Assembly (NCBI GenBank): GCA_903937405.1
Contig: CAIZZE010000072.1
Span: 1-60,281, forward strand
Reading direction: 5' to 3'
DNA: 60,281 nt
DNA from: an uncultured Alphaproteobacteria bacterium
GTDB taxonomy: Bacteria > Pseudomonadota > Alphaproteobacteria > Rickettsiales > UBA1997
Part shown: piece after piece, positions 29,962 through 38,267 of the stretch
Layout: each line of letters begins with the position of its first letter
Position numbering within the stretch: the first letter of the stretch is position 1
Notes under the pieces: model-generated
The model's database searches: none
Seen by the model: only the letters and a program-made list of their open reading frames with translations
What the model was told of the DNA's origin: nothing
Program-made: the position numbers and the translations under genes

Positions 29962-30027
29962 AGATTTATTTTTTAGGAAGATAGTTTTTTTAAAAAAAGT
30001 AACTGGTAATTGAAACAAAAATTAAAA

Positions 30028-32628
30028 ATGACCGACATAGAAAATAAAAATACAATACGTTCAACACTTACCTTAAAACTTCCATCTTCGGCAGGTTCTC
30101 AAACTTTGACGCTTAAAACTCCTGAAATCAAAAAAACTGGAAGTTCGTTAGTACAAGTTACGATCAAAGGCCGCAAAAAAGAAAATAGAGACGATGATCG
30201 CGCGCCGACAGCTTTAAATAAAAGCGAATTTGAAGCTCGTATGAAAGCGGTTTCCGAATCAAAAACAGAAGTTGCTGAAGTTAAAACTCATGAAATTCTA
30301 AGCAAAATCACCAAAGAAAAACGCAAACTTGTTGAAGAAGAATCGGAAAAAAATGAAGTTAAAAAACAAGAAGAAATCAAAGAAGAAGCCAAAGAAGAAT
30401 ATGTTGTAGCAAATGTCGAAGAAAAATCTCCGACTGCTATCGTTGAAGAAAAAGCACAACCTCAAAAAGTAAATTCAAATTATAGTTTAGACAGCTTTGA
30501 CGTTAGAAATAAAATCAGACAAAGCATTGAAGTCACTAATCGCCAAAAAGAAGAACGCGAAAAATTGATCGGCGTTAGAAAAAAAGAAGAACAAGATCGC
30601 TTAGAAAAAGAAAGAGTCGAAAGAGAAAAAAGAAAAGCTGTTAATAAAAAAACAATGGGCGGCGGCAATCATTTCAAAACTCCGAGTAAACTTAGCGAAA
30701 GCGAAGAAGCGGCGCGCAAAAAACCAAGTTTCAAAGAAGAACGCGGCAATACCAGAAAACAAACTTATATTATTGATGGCGATTCTGATGATAGCGAAGG
30801 TGGTCGCAGAAGAAGAAAAGCTAAATTAAGACAGCAACATGAAGATAATTCACAAAAAGAATATAAAAAAATCATTCGTGAAGTTGATTTACCAGAACTT
30901 ATTACCGTTTCTGAATTAGCAGAACGTATGTCGGAAAAAACCGGCGATGTTGTGAAAAAACTTTTCACCATGGGCATGGTTGTAACCAGTAACCAAGCGA
31001 TTGATGCTGATACAGCTGAAATTATCATCGGCGAATTTGGTCATAAAGCTACCCGCGTTTCTCACTCCGACGTTGAAAATGTTTTGGATGAAGGCAGCGA
31101 AACTTTAGAAACATTGCCACGCGCACCAGTTGTAACCATCATGGGTCACGTTGATCACGGCAAAACTTCATTACTCGATGCTTTACGCGAAACTGACACC
31201 GCAGCTGGCGAACATGGCGGCATCACACAACATATCGGCGCTTCCCGCATTTTAACTAAAGGCGGAAAATACATTACTTTCCTAGATACTCCAGGTCACG
31301 AAGCCTTTACTGAAATGCGTTCACGCGGTGCAAATATAACCGACATCGTAGTTTTAGTTGTAGCAGCTGATGATGGCGTAAAAGAACAAACAATTGAAGC
31401 AATCAGCCATGCTAAAGCGGCTGGCGTTCCAATCATTGTTGCGGTAAATAAAATTGACAAACCCGGCAGCGACCCAGAAAGAGCTAAACATGAACTTTTA
31501 ACTCACGAAATTATCGCTGAAGATTTAGGTGGTGAAGTTATGTTCATCCCGGTTTCGGCAAAAAATAAAATTAATTTAGAAAAACTTGAAGAAGCGATTT
31601 TGCTACAAGCTGAAGTTCTCGATCTAAAAAGCGTTTACGAAGGAAAGTCAAGCGGCGCGGTTCTTGAGTCTCGCGTTGATCCGGGTAAAGGCGTTATTGC
31701 AACTTTACTTGTACAAAAAGGCACGCTGAACATTTCTGATTTGATCGTAGTTGGAACATCTTACGGCCGCGTTAGAAAAATGTCGGATGATGCGGGTAAA
31801 AATATTAAATCTGCAACTCCATCAGTTCCGGTAGAAGTTTTAGGACTTGATAATGCGCCAAACGCCGGTGATAAATTCATGCAAGTTGACGAAGAAAGAC
31901 AAGCTCGCGAAATTATTTCTTATCGCGAACGCAAAGAAAAAGAAGCTAAAGCCTTAAAAAATTCGGCTAAATCTTTGGCTGATATTTTCCGTGAATCCGG
32001 CAAAGGTAAAATGAAATATCTAAACGTTATTATTAAAGCCGACGTTCATGGTTCAGCTGAAGCAATTAACGGCAGCGTTGTCAAACTAAACAATGATGAA
32101 GTTGCAGTTAAAGTTGTGCACATGGCAACAGGCGGCATTTCTGAAAGTGATGTGAATTTAGCCGCAGTTTCAAATGCCATTATCATTGGCTTTAACACTA
32201 GAGCCAACGCCACTGCGAAAGAAATGGCCAAACTAAAAAATATCGACATCCGCTATTATTCAATCATCTATAATCTAGTTGATGATTTGAAATTATTATT
32301 AACCGGAATGTTAGCTCCAAGCCAAAATGAAGAATATCTTGGCCAAGCTGAAATCAGACAAGTCTTCAAAGTTTCTGGCTCCGGAAAAATTGCCGGATCT
32401 TTTGTTACTGACGGATTGTTACGCAGAAATGCCAAAGCCAGATTGCTTCGCGATAATATCGTGATTCACGACGGAATTCTAAAAACCCTTAAACGCTTCA
32501 AAGATGATGTCAAAGAAGTTAAAGGTGGTTTTGAATGCGGTATTTCTTTTGAGGATTACGAGGATATCAAAGAAAAAGATATTGTTGAATGTTATGAAAT
32601 GGTCGAACAAAAAAGATCTTTTAACTAA
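30028..32628 (+). CDS. infB: Translation initiation factor IF-2
   Basis: Lys/Glu-rich N-terminal region, G domain ([24 protein letters not shown]) and C-terminal IF2 domains. The ATG at 30028 is preferred over the TTG at 30010. Confidence 0.9.
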   Translation: MTDIENKNTIRSTLTLKLPSSAGSQTLTLKTPEIKKTGSSLVQVTIKGRKKENRDDDRAPTALNKSEFEARMKAVSESKTEVAEVKTHEILSKITKEKRKLVEEESEKNEVKKQEEIKEEAKEEYVVANVEEKSPTAIVEEKAQPQKVNSNYSLDSFDVRNKIRQSIEVTNRQKEEREKLIGVRKKEEQDRLEKERVEREKRKAVNKKTMGGGNHFKTPSKLSESEEAARKKPSFKEERGNTRKQTYIIDGDSDDSEGGRRRRKAKLRQQHEDNSQKEYKKIIREVDLPELITVSELAERMSEKTGDVVKKLFTMGMVVTSNQAIDADTAEIIIGEFGHKATRVSHSDVENVLDEGSETLETLPRAPVVTIMGHVDHGKTSLLDALRETDTAAGEHGGITQHIGASRILTKGGKYITFLDTPGHEAFTEMRSRGANITDIVVLVVAADDGVKEQTIEAISHAKAAGVPIIVAVNKIDKPGSDPERAKHELLTHEIIAEDLGGEVMFIPVSAKNKINLEKLEEAILLQAEVLDLKSVYEGKSSGAVLESRVDPGKGVIATLLVQKGTLNISDLIVVGTSYGRVRKMSDDAGKNIKSATPSVPVEVLGLDNAPNAGDKFMQVDEERQAREIISYRERKEKEAKALKNSAKSLADIFRESGKGKMKYLNVIIKADVHGSAEAINGSVVKLNNDEVAVKVVHMATGGISESDVNLAAVSNAIIIGFNTRANATAKEMAKLKNIDIRYYSIIYNLVDDLKLLLTGMLAPSQNEEYLGQAEIRQVFKVSGSGKIAGSFVTDGLLRRNAKARLLRDNIVIHDGILKTLKRFKDDVKEVKGGFECGISFEDYEDIKEKDIVECYEMVEQKRSFN

Positions 32629-32638
32629 TTCAAATTAT

Positions 32639-33553
32639 ATGAATAAAAAGAAAGCCTTTTCCTTGGTTGAAGCATCAATCGTTATTGTAATCGTTGGAGT
32701 TGCGATTGCTGCAATCACTCAAGGAACAAGGCTGGTTCAGCAATTTCGGCTTAACAGCGCCAGATCTTTAACTCAAAATTCACCAGTTCCTGCAACTGAT
32801 AATTTGGTCCTTTGGCTTGAAACCACCAGCACTAATAGTTTTCAACCAACTGGCTACAATAACAATGCTCCTTTAGCCGCGACATCCGGCACTAAAGTTT
32901 GGTATGATTTAAGCCGTAAGAATGATGCACTAAGCACTTCTAATTCTCCTTATTCGAGCAATCCTATTTACATCAAAAATGGTATTAATGGTTTGCCATC
33001 ACTCAAATTTGATGGTGTTAGCCAATATCTCGATTTTACTGATCCTTCAGCTCTAGTGAATGGTTCTTACACAGTTTTCGTAGTTGAACAACCAACCAAA
33101 ACCAGTGGAACTTTTAATTATTTTCTATCTTCAAAAAGTGGCTACTGCTATATTATTAACACATGCTTCAGCCTTGGTCACGAAAATATTACCAGCGGCA
33201 CTTATACAATTTATTTATCCAATTTTTCTAACTATATCACAACCACCGCATCTGATATTAGTGGACTTACTTACAGAACAGATCGTGCAATTTTACATAG
33301 TGCAATTTTTTCAACAATCGGCAGCAGAAAATATTTTTACAATGGCACGCTTGGTAAAAGCGACGGCAACACTACTGCCGTTAATGGCAATAGCGGCATG
33401 ACAATTGGCAATGCCGCATCTCTTTCAGGCGGTTTTTATCAAGGATTAATTGGTGAAATAATAATTTTTAACCGCGCTTTGGATAAAGATGAAAGATGGG
33501 CAATCGAAGCCTATCTCAGCAAAAAATGGGGAATTTCCGTAAATCAAAATTAG
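32639..33553 (+). CDS. Type IV pilin-like protein with C-terminal LamG/concanavalin-like domain
   Basis: Prepilin-type N-terminus (MNKKKA/FSLVEASIVIVIVGVAIAAI). The C-terminal part (GFYQGLIGEIIIFNRALDKDERWAIEAYLSKKWGI) is typical of LamG jelly-roll domains. Start trimmed from 32504. Confidence 0.65.
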   Translation: MNKKKAFSLVEASIVIVIVGVAIAAITQGTRLVQQFRLNSARSLTQNSPVPATDNLVLWLETTSTNSFQPTGYNNNAPLAATSGTKVWYDLSRKNDALSTSNSPYSSNPIYIKNGINGLPSLKFDGVSQYLDFTDPSALVNGSYTVFVVEQPTKTSGTFNYFLSSKSGYCYIINTCFSLGHENITSGTYTIYLSNFSNYITTTASDISGLTYRTDRAILHSAIFSTIGSRKYFYNGTLGKSDGNTTAVNGNSGMTIGNAASLSGGFYQGLIGEIIIFNRALDKDERWAIEAYLSKKWGISVNQN

Positions 33554-33566
33554 GGCAAAATAAACT

Positions 33567-34094
33567 ATGTTAAAATACGCACTTTCTTCACGCATCATTC
33601 ATTGGATCAGCGCCATTCTGGTTTTAACCATTCTTGGGATCGGAATTTACATGACAGATTTTTTACCAAAAGATTCTCCCAATCATTTAAAAATTTACGA
33701 ATTACATAAATCTTTGGGTGTCATCGCTTTAATGTTGATAATCATTAGAGTCATTAACCGCTTCTTTAAAAAAGCCCCTGCACTTCCCGCTACAATGCCA
33801 AAAATTGAAGTTATTTTATCCAGTCTCGGTCATTTTGGGCTTTACGTTTTACTATTTTGCGTTCCGTTTTCTGGCTATTTAATGTCTAATTCTTTCGGAT
33901 TTCCGGTGCATTTATTTGGCATAGAAATGCCATTTTTAATTGGCACTAATTACGAACTCGGAAAATTATTTGCCGAAGCTCACGAACTATGCGCCTATGC
34001 CTTGCTTGGTTTGGTAATTATTCATATTCTGGCAGTTATTAAACATCGTTACTTCGATAAACCCGAGCATGACGTTTTAAAAAGAATGTGGTAA
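33567..34094 (+). CDS. Cytochrome b561 family protein
   Basis: 175 aa with four TM helices and conserved His positions (RIIHWISA..., LHKSLG..., [10 protein letters not shown]). Confidence 0.7.
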   Translation: MLKYALSSRIIHWISAILVLTILGIGIYMTDFLPKDSPNHLKIYELHKSLGVIALMLIIIRVINRFFKKAPALPATMPKIEVILSSLGHFGLYVLLFCVPFSGYLMSNSFGFPVHLFGIEMPFLIGTNYELGKLFAEAHELCAYALLGLVIIHILAVIKHRYFDKPEHDVLKRMW

Positions 34095-34098
34095 AAAA

Positions 34099-34854
34099 AT
34101 GCTGAAGAATCGAATAATTCCCTGCCTCGATGTTAAAAATGGCCGCGTTGTAAAAGGCGTTAATTTTGAAAATTTAGTCGATGCTGGCGATCCAGTCGCT
34201 CAAGCAAAATTCTATTACGAACAAGGAGCTGACGAACTTTGTTTTCTTGATATTGCTGCAACGGATGAGAATCGCGGCGTAATTCTGGATGTTGTAAAAA
34301 AAGTTGCCCAAGTTTGTTTTATCCCTTTCACCGTTGGTGGCGGAATCAAAGAAATTCAAGATTTTTCTAACTTGCTAAAATGCGGCGCTGACAAAGTTTC
34401 AGTTAATAGTGCTGCAATCAAGAATCCGGAATTAATTTCTGAAGCCGCGTCAAAATTTGGCTCACAATGTGTTGTCGTTGCAATTGATGCCAAAAAAAAT
34501 GAATCGGGAAATTATGAAATTTTCACCCATGGCGGCAAAAAACCCACCGGAATTGACGCAATTGAATGGGCCAAAAAAGTTACAAATTTAGGAGCTGGAG
34601 AAATTCTTCTAACTTCGATGGATAAAGATGGCACCAAATCTGGCTATGATTTGGAATTAATAAAAAAAATCACTTCCCAAATTTCAATTCCGGTAATTGC
34701 TTCTGGCGGAGTTGGTAATTTAGAACATTTAGCCGAAGGCCTAAAAGCCGGCGCCAGCGCGGTTTTAGCCGCTTCAATTTTTCACTTCAAAGAATATTCA
34801 ATCAAACAAGCGAAAGACTTTTTAGATGAACAAAAAATTGCCGTGAGAATTTAG
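34099..34854 (+). CDS. hisF: Imidazole glycerol phosphate synthase cyclase subunit
   Basis: [22 protein letters not shown] and ASGGVG motifs in a full-length (beta/alpha)8 protein. Confidence 0.9.
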   Translation: MLKNRIIPCLDVKNGRVVKGVNFENLVDAGDPVAQAKFYYEQGADELCFLDIAATDENRGVILDVVKKVAQVCFIPFTVGGGIKEIQDFSNLLKCGADKVSVNSAAIKNPELISEAASKFGSQCVVVAIDAKKNESGNYEIFTHGGKKPTGIDAIEWAKKVTNLGAGEILLTSMDKDGTKSGYDLELIKKITSQISIPVIASGGVGNLEHLAEGLKAGASAVLAASIFHFKEYSIKQAKDFLDEQKIAVRI

Positions 34855-34898
34855 CAACCAAATGTTTTTAAATATCTATTAAAGAATAAGAATAATTT

Positions 34899-35981
34899 TT
34901 ATTTGCCCGATTTGGCTCTATTGCAACCTTTGCAAAGCATTTGGCAATTTTCTTGCGCAGTTTTGCCGCCCAAATGCCAAGGATTTATATGATCCGACTC
35001 CATTTCTTCTAGCTTAAATTCATCTGCGCATTTTACACAAATTCCTTTCTGCCTCTCAAATGATTCTCTTTTCTGATTATCGCTAAAAGCCCGAATGTTT
35101 AAGTGTTTTTCTTTGCGGGTTAAAACATATTCATAAATTCCTTTTTTGCTCGTTACATCTTCATCTTGCATAAGCTTAGAAATTTCTTCCTCGAGCTTTT
35201 TGTGGTCAAATTTTTTGTCTTTAAATTCATTGTAAAATTCGCCCCAAGCCAAACCCTTCATTTCTCTGCGATATTTTGAAAATACAACTTTTACCCAACT
35301 GATAACATTCTGAAAATAAAGCCATAATTCATTGGCGTTTGGCTCGTGCTGATGAACGGACATATAAGATTCTATGTTGCCCTTTGAAATCCAATCGATT
35401 GTGGTTTCTAAATATTCTTGGCGAATTGGCGAGCCACTCAAATAATTGCTTCCCAAGCCATAAGCAGCACAACCATTTTTGCTAAAATATCTTTTAGCAT
35501 CAGAAACAAACGAGCCAGAAAAAACCGCGTTTCTAAGCTCTTGATTGGTTAATTTTTCGCCAGCGATATTGATTGTTTTAAACCATTCTAATTTTTGGCT
35601 ATCAGTTCCACTGCATAAATAAACCATTAACTTATAGTTTAAGATTTGCTCTTGTTCGTCTTTTTGAAGATTGTGAAAATATTTGAACATAAACGCAAAA
35701 TCACCATTCACATATTGGCAAATTGAGATCGTTCTTTGTTGCCCATCAATCACTTCAAAATTGCCATTTTCTTGAACCGCCCAATACATAACATTAAGCG
35801 GAAAATTTTTTGTGATAGTTTCAATCACCGCTTCTCTTTGCTTATCTTTGTAAATAAATTCTCTTTGATAAGGAGGGCGAATATCCAACTTTCCGCCAAA
35901 TCCAACAACTCCATTTTCTTCGTTGTCTTGATAGCTTTCCGTAAGCTCGCGGACCGTTATTTCTTTTAGTTCGATTTTCAT
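34899..35981 (-). CDS. DUF262 (ParB-like/GmrSD N-domain) protein fused to a C-terminal HNH nuclease finger
   Basis: DGQQR motif is encoded at 35733-35747. The C-terminus is CVKCADEF...ESDHINPWHLGGKTAQENCQMLCKGCNRAK. Starts 3 nt after the upstream gene's stop. Confidence 0.8.
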   Translation of the reverse strand: MKIELKEITVRELTESYQDNEENGVVGFGGKLDIRPPYQREFIYKDKQREAVIETITKNFPLNVMYWAVQENGNFEVIDGQQRTISICQYVNGDFAFMFKYFHNLQKDEQEQILNYKLMVYLCSGTDSQKLEWFKTINIAGEKLTNQELRNAVFSGSFVSDAKRYFSKNGCAAYGLGSNYLSGSPIRQEYLETTIDWISKGNIESYMSVHQHEPNANELWLYFQNVISWVKVVFSKYRREMKGLAWGEFYNEFKDKKFDHKKLEEEISKLMQDEDVTSKKGIYEYVLTRKEKHLNIRAFSDNQKRESFERQKGICVKCADEFKLEEMESDHINPWHLGGKTAQENCQMLCKGCNRAKSGK

Positions 35982-35984
35982 TTC

Positions 35985-36803
35985 TTAGTTTTTGTCTTTT
36001 AAAAATTTTTTAGCATTTAACCCAACCACCACTTTTTTACCAGTTTTGGCTTCTAACTCTTTACGGGCATTGCCTGCAATTGCGCCGCCTTGCTTTGCAA
36101 CTTTCTTACTTTCTTCAAAGTTTTTAGGATTTACAGCTTGCGAAATATCTTTGGTCGAAGCTTCGGCCAACATATTTAAAATAAGTTCAACGTTGGTCAT
36201 GTTGTCGCGCAAATTTTCTTTTTTTAAGCCCTTCAAAGCCTTGTATTCTTTGGTGGTTTTGTCGCTCCAACTTTTGGTGATAATATCGGTGAGGCTGGCA
36301 AATTGTTGCCCTTCTTTTAATCCTAAACGTCTCCATTCGTCGGTTAATTCTTTTCTAATTTCTATGCTTTTGAGCCGCTGATTTATCCAATTTTGGCTGT
36401 AGCCAAGGTTTAAATATTGCTGTAAAGCGCGGTCAATTGTTAATTCCGGATCTTGCATTTCGTCCAATCTTTCGCTGGCGACTTTTGCCAGCCAAAGTTT
36501 GAAAGGTTCAGCTTTTTTTGACGGAATTGATTGGATAAGGCGAAAAAGCTGCTGGGTTGTTGCAACGTCGGTTTTGTAAAATTTGCCATCTTCGGATAAC
36601 ATTTTAAGTTGTCCCAAGTTTTGGGACAACTCGCTGCCTTCATTTTTTAGCTTCGTCTTTAATGCGCTCCAATATTTTCTAGCTCGCGGGCTTTCGGTTA
36701 AAATTACAATCACATCAACAACAGAAAAATACCATTGCTCGTCTTCTTCGCTCCAAAGGCTGCGAACTTTTTTATCTTCAAATAATTTTATTTGGTTTTT
36801 CAT
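35985..36803 (-). CDS. Bro-N domain protein with DinD-like C-terminal half
   Basis: Bro-N-like IKLFEDKKVRSLWSEEDEQWYFSVVDVIVILTES, and a C-terminal QGGAIAGNARKELEAKTGKKVV resembling DinD-type proteins. The ATG at 36801-36803 forms an ATGA overlap with the methyltransferase stop. Confidence 0.7.
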   Translation of the reverse strand: MKNQIKLFEDKKVRSLWSEEDEQWYFSVVDVIVILTESPRARKYWSALKTKLKNEGSELSQNLGQLKMLSEDGKFYKTDVATTQQLFRLIQSIPSKKAEPFKLWLAKVASERLDEMQDPELTIDRALQQYLNLGYSQNWINQRLKSIEIRKELTDEWRRLGLKEGQQFASLTDIITKSWSDKTTKEYKALKGLKKENLRDNMTNVELILNMLAEASTKDISQAVNPKNFEESKKVAKQGGAIAGNARKELEAKTGKKVVVGLNAKKFLKDKN

Positions 36804-37765
36804 TTTTGTGGTTTTTTGTTTTTGATTAAAATTCGAAAATACGGACATTTGCCATTTATCGACAAATCTTTTTCGTCATCGCCTTTTCTGAATTTTATAA
36901 TTTCAAATTGTGCGGGATTATATTTATCTAAAAATGTTATCGGAACACCCATCGCGCCAGCATAATCGGCGGGAATATCTTTGGTTTTATCAACATTTAT
37001 GGCGTCGTAATTATCATATTTTGGATATTCTTTTGATGAGTAGTTTTTGTATAGAATCAAATCTTCATGTCTTTTTTTAATTTCTAAGTTAGTGAACCAA
37101 GTAACGCCCGAAACTCTAATCATTCCTTCCTTATGATCTTCGGCGGTTGCATAATCTTCATAATGTTTATTAATAAAATGCGCCGCTCCGCCTTTAAATC
37201 CATAACCCAACCAAATTTTATTATCTTTTATAAGTTTAAAAATCTCTTTATAGGTTATAGCATTTTGATGCCCAACAATCAGAAATTTTTTGTCATATAA
37301 AACCAACTGCGAAACATATTCGCGAAACAGCGAAAATGGCGGATTTGTCACCACAATATCCGCTTGTTTCAAAAGCTCGATACATTCGGCACTTCTAAAA
37401 TCGCCATCGCCTTTTAAAGACTTAACGCCAATTTCATTTTTATCTGGCAAATTATTGCCGTTTTTATCGCCTTCATATTCCAAATAAATCGCCTGCTCGC
37501 TGTCGTTTTTACTAAACAAATCTATGTCTTGGTTTTTGTAGCAAGTGGCGATTAATTTTTTCAATTTTAATTTCTCAAAATTGTGCGAAAAATAATGAAA
37601 AAAATTGCTAACTCGCGGGTCGTCGCAATTGCAATAAACAACTTTGTCTTTGAAATGATTTTTGTAATTTTTGAGTTCTAACTCAATGTCGCAAAGCTGG
37701 GTGTAAAACTCGTCTTTCTTTGAATCTCTAGCTTTGTGAAGGTTTTTATTTGAAGATTTTTTCAT
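36800..37765 (-). CDS. N6-adenine DNA methyltransferase, EcoRI-methylase-like family
   Basis: Catalytic NPPF is encoded at 37334-37345 (DIVVTNPPFSLFREY). Upstream are DEFYTQ and VVYCNCDD (SAM-binding-like). Confidence 0.75.
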   Translation of the reverse strand: MKKSSNKNLHKARDSKKDEFYTQLCDIELELKNYKNHFKDKVVYCNCDDPRVSNFFHYFSHNFEKLKLKKLIATCYKNQDIDLFSKNDSEQAIYLEYEGDKNGNNLPDKNEIGVKSLKGDGDFRSAECIELLKQADIVVTNPPFSLFREYVSQLVLYDKKFLIVGHQNAITYKEIFKLIKDNKIWLGYGFKGGAAHFINKHYEDYATAEDHKEGMIRVSGVTWFTNLEIKKRHEDLILYKNYSSKEYPKYDNYDAINVDKTKDIPADYAGAMGVPITFLDKYNPAQFEIIKFRKGDDEKDLSINGKCPYFRILIKNKKPQK

Positions 37766-37838
37766 TGTTGAGACATGGCATAATTAACTTTCCCCTGCAT
37801 ATCTATGCCAAAGTAAAAATTTAATTTAGCAGGTTTGA

Positions 37839-38267
37839 TTAAGAATATCTATGCTTAACTTTTTTCTCTTTTGGTTGAGAAATTGAAACTGCAAGCGCTA
37901 CTAAATTTCTTTTTGATTGCGCGTTTTCAATTCGTTTAAAAGCGCGAACCAATGGCAGAAGTTCTTTGTCAAACTCTATTAATTTTTTTGATTGTCGTTT
38001 ATCGGTTGAGAAATCGTAATTGTAATAAGTTCTGTCTGCTTTAATTCCCTCAAAAAAAGCGCTGACTGGTTTTTCTAAAAGCTGTGCAAATTCGAATAAA
38101 CGACTGGCGCTAATTCGATTTTTTGCTTTTTCATATTTTTGAATCTGTTGAAAAGTAACTCCCGTCAACTCTCCCAGCTTATCTTGACTCATTCCGGCAA
38201 CAAGGCGGAATTGGCGTAATCTTGCAGCAATATGAACATCAATTGGTGTGATTTTGTCTAGTAACAT
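37839..38267 (-). CDS. XRE-family helix-turn-helix transcriptional regulator
   Basis: HTH_3 core (RLRQFRLVAGMSQDKLGELTGVTFQQIQKYEKAKNRISASRLFEFAQLL). Overlaps the lnt 3' end by 29 nt. Confidence 0.8.
   Translation of the reverse strand: MLLDKITPIDVHIAARLRQFRLVAGMSQDKLGELTGVTFQQIQKYEKAKNRISASRLFEFAQLLEKPVSAFFEGIKADRTYYNYDFSTDKRQSKKLIEFDKELLPLVRAFKRIENAQSKRNLVALAVSISQPKEKKVKHRYS

Noticed and set aside
32504-32638. N-terminal extensions implied by maximal ORFs (32504 for the pilin gene; likewise 12486, 30010, 55588, 41854, 43940 and 26183)
   Set aside because: The extensions overlap the preceding gene or begin at TTG, and they precede obvious native N-termini (signal peptides, pilin leader, MTDIENK of IF-2). 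Internal ATG starts were preferred.
33084-33401. 105-aa same-strand alternative-frame ORF inside the pilin-LamG gene
   Set aside because: It is nested out of frame within a longer ORF that carries recognisable N-terminal pilin and C-terminal LamG signatures.
35992-36825. Two + strand ORFs (35992-36381 and 36583-36825) inside the cassette
   Set aside because: Both are antisense to the Bro-N/DinD-like gene, Leu/Ser/Phe-rich, and without motifs. They are typical shadow ORFs of an AT-rich coding strand.
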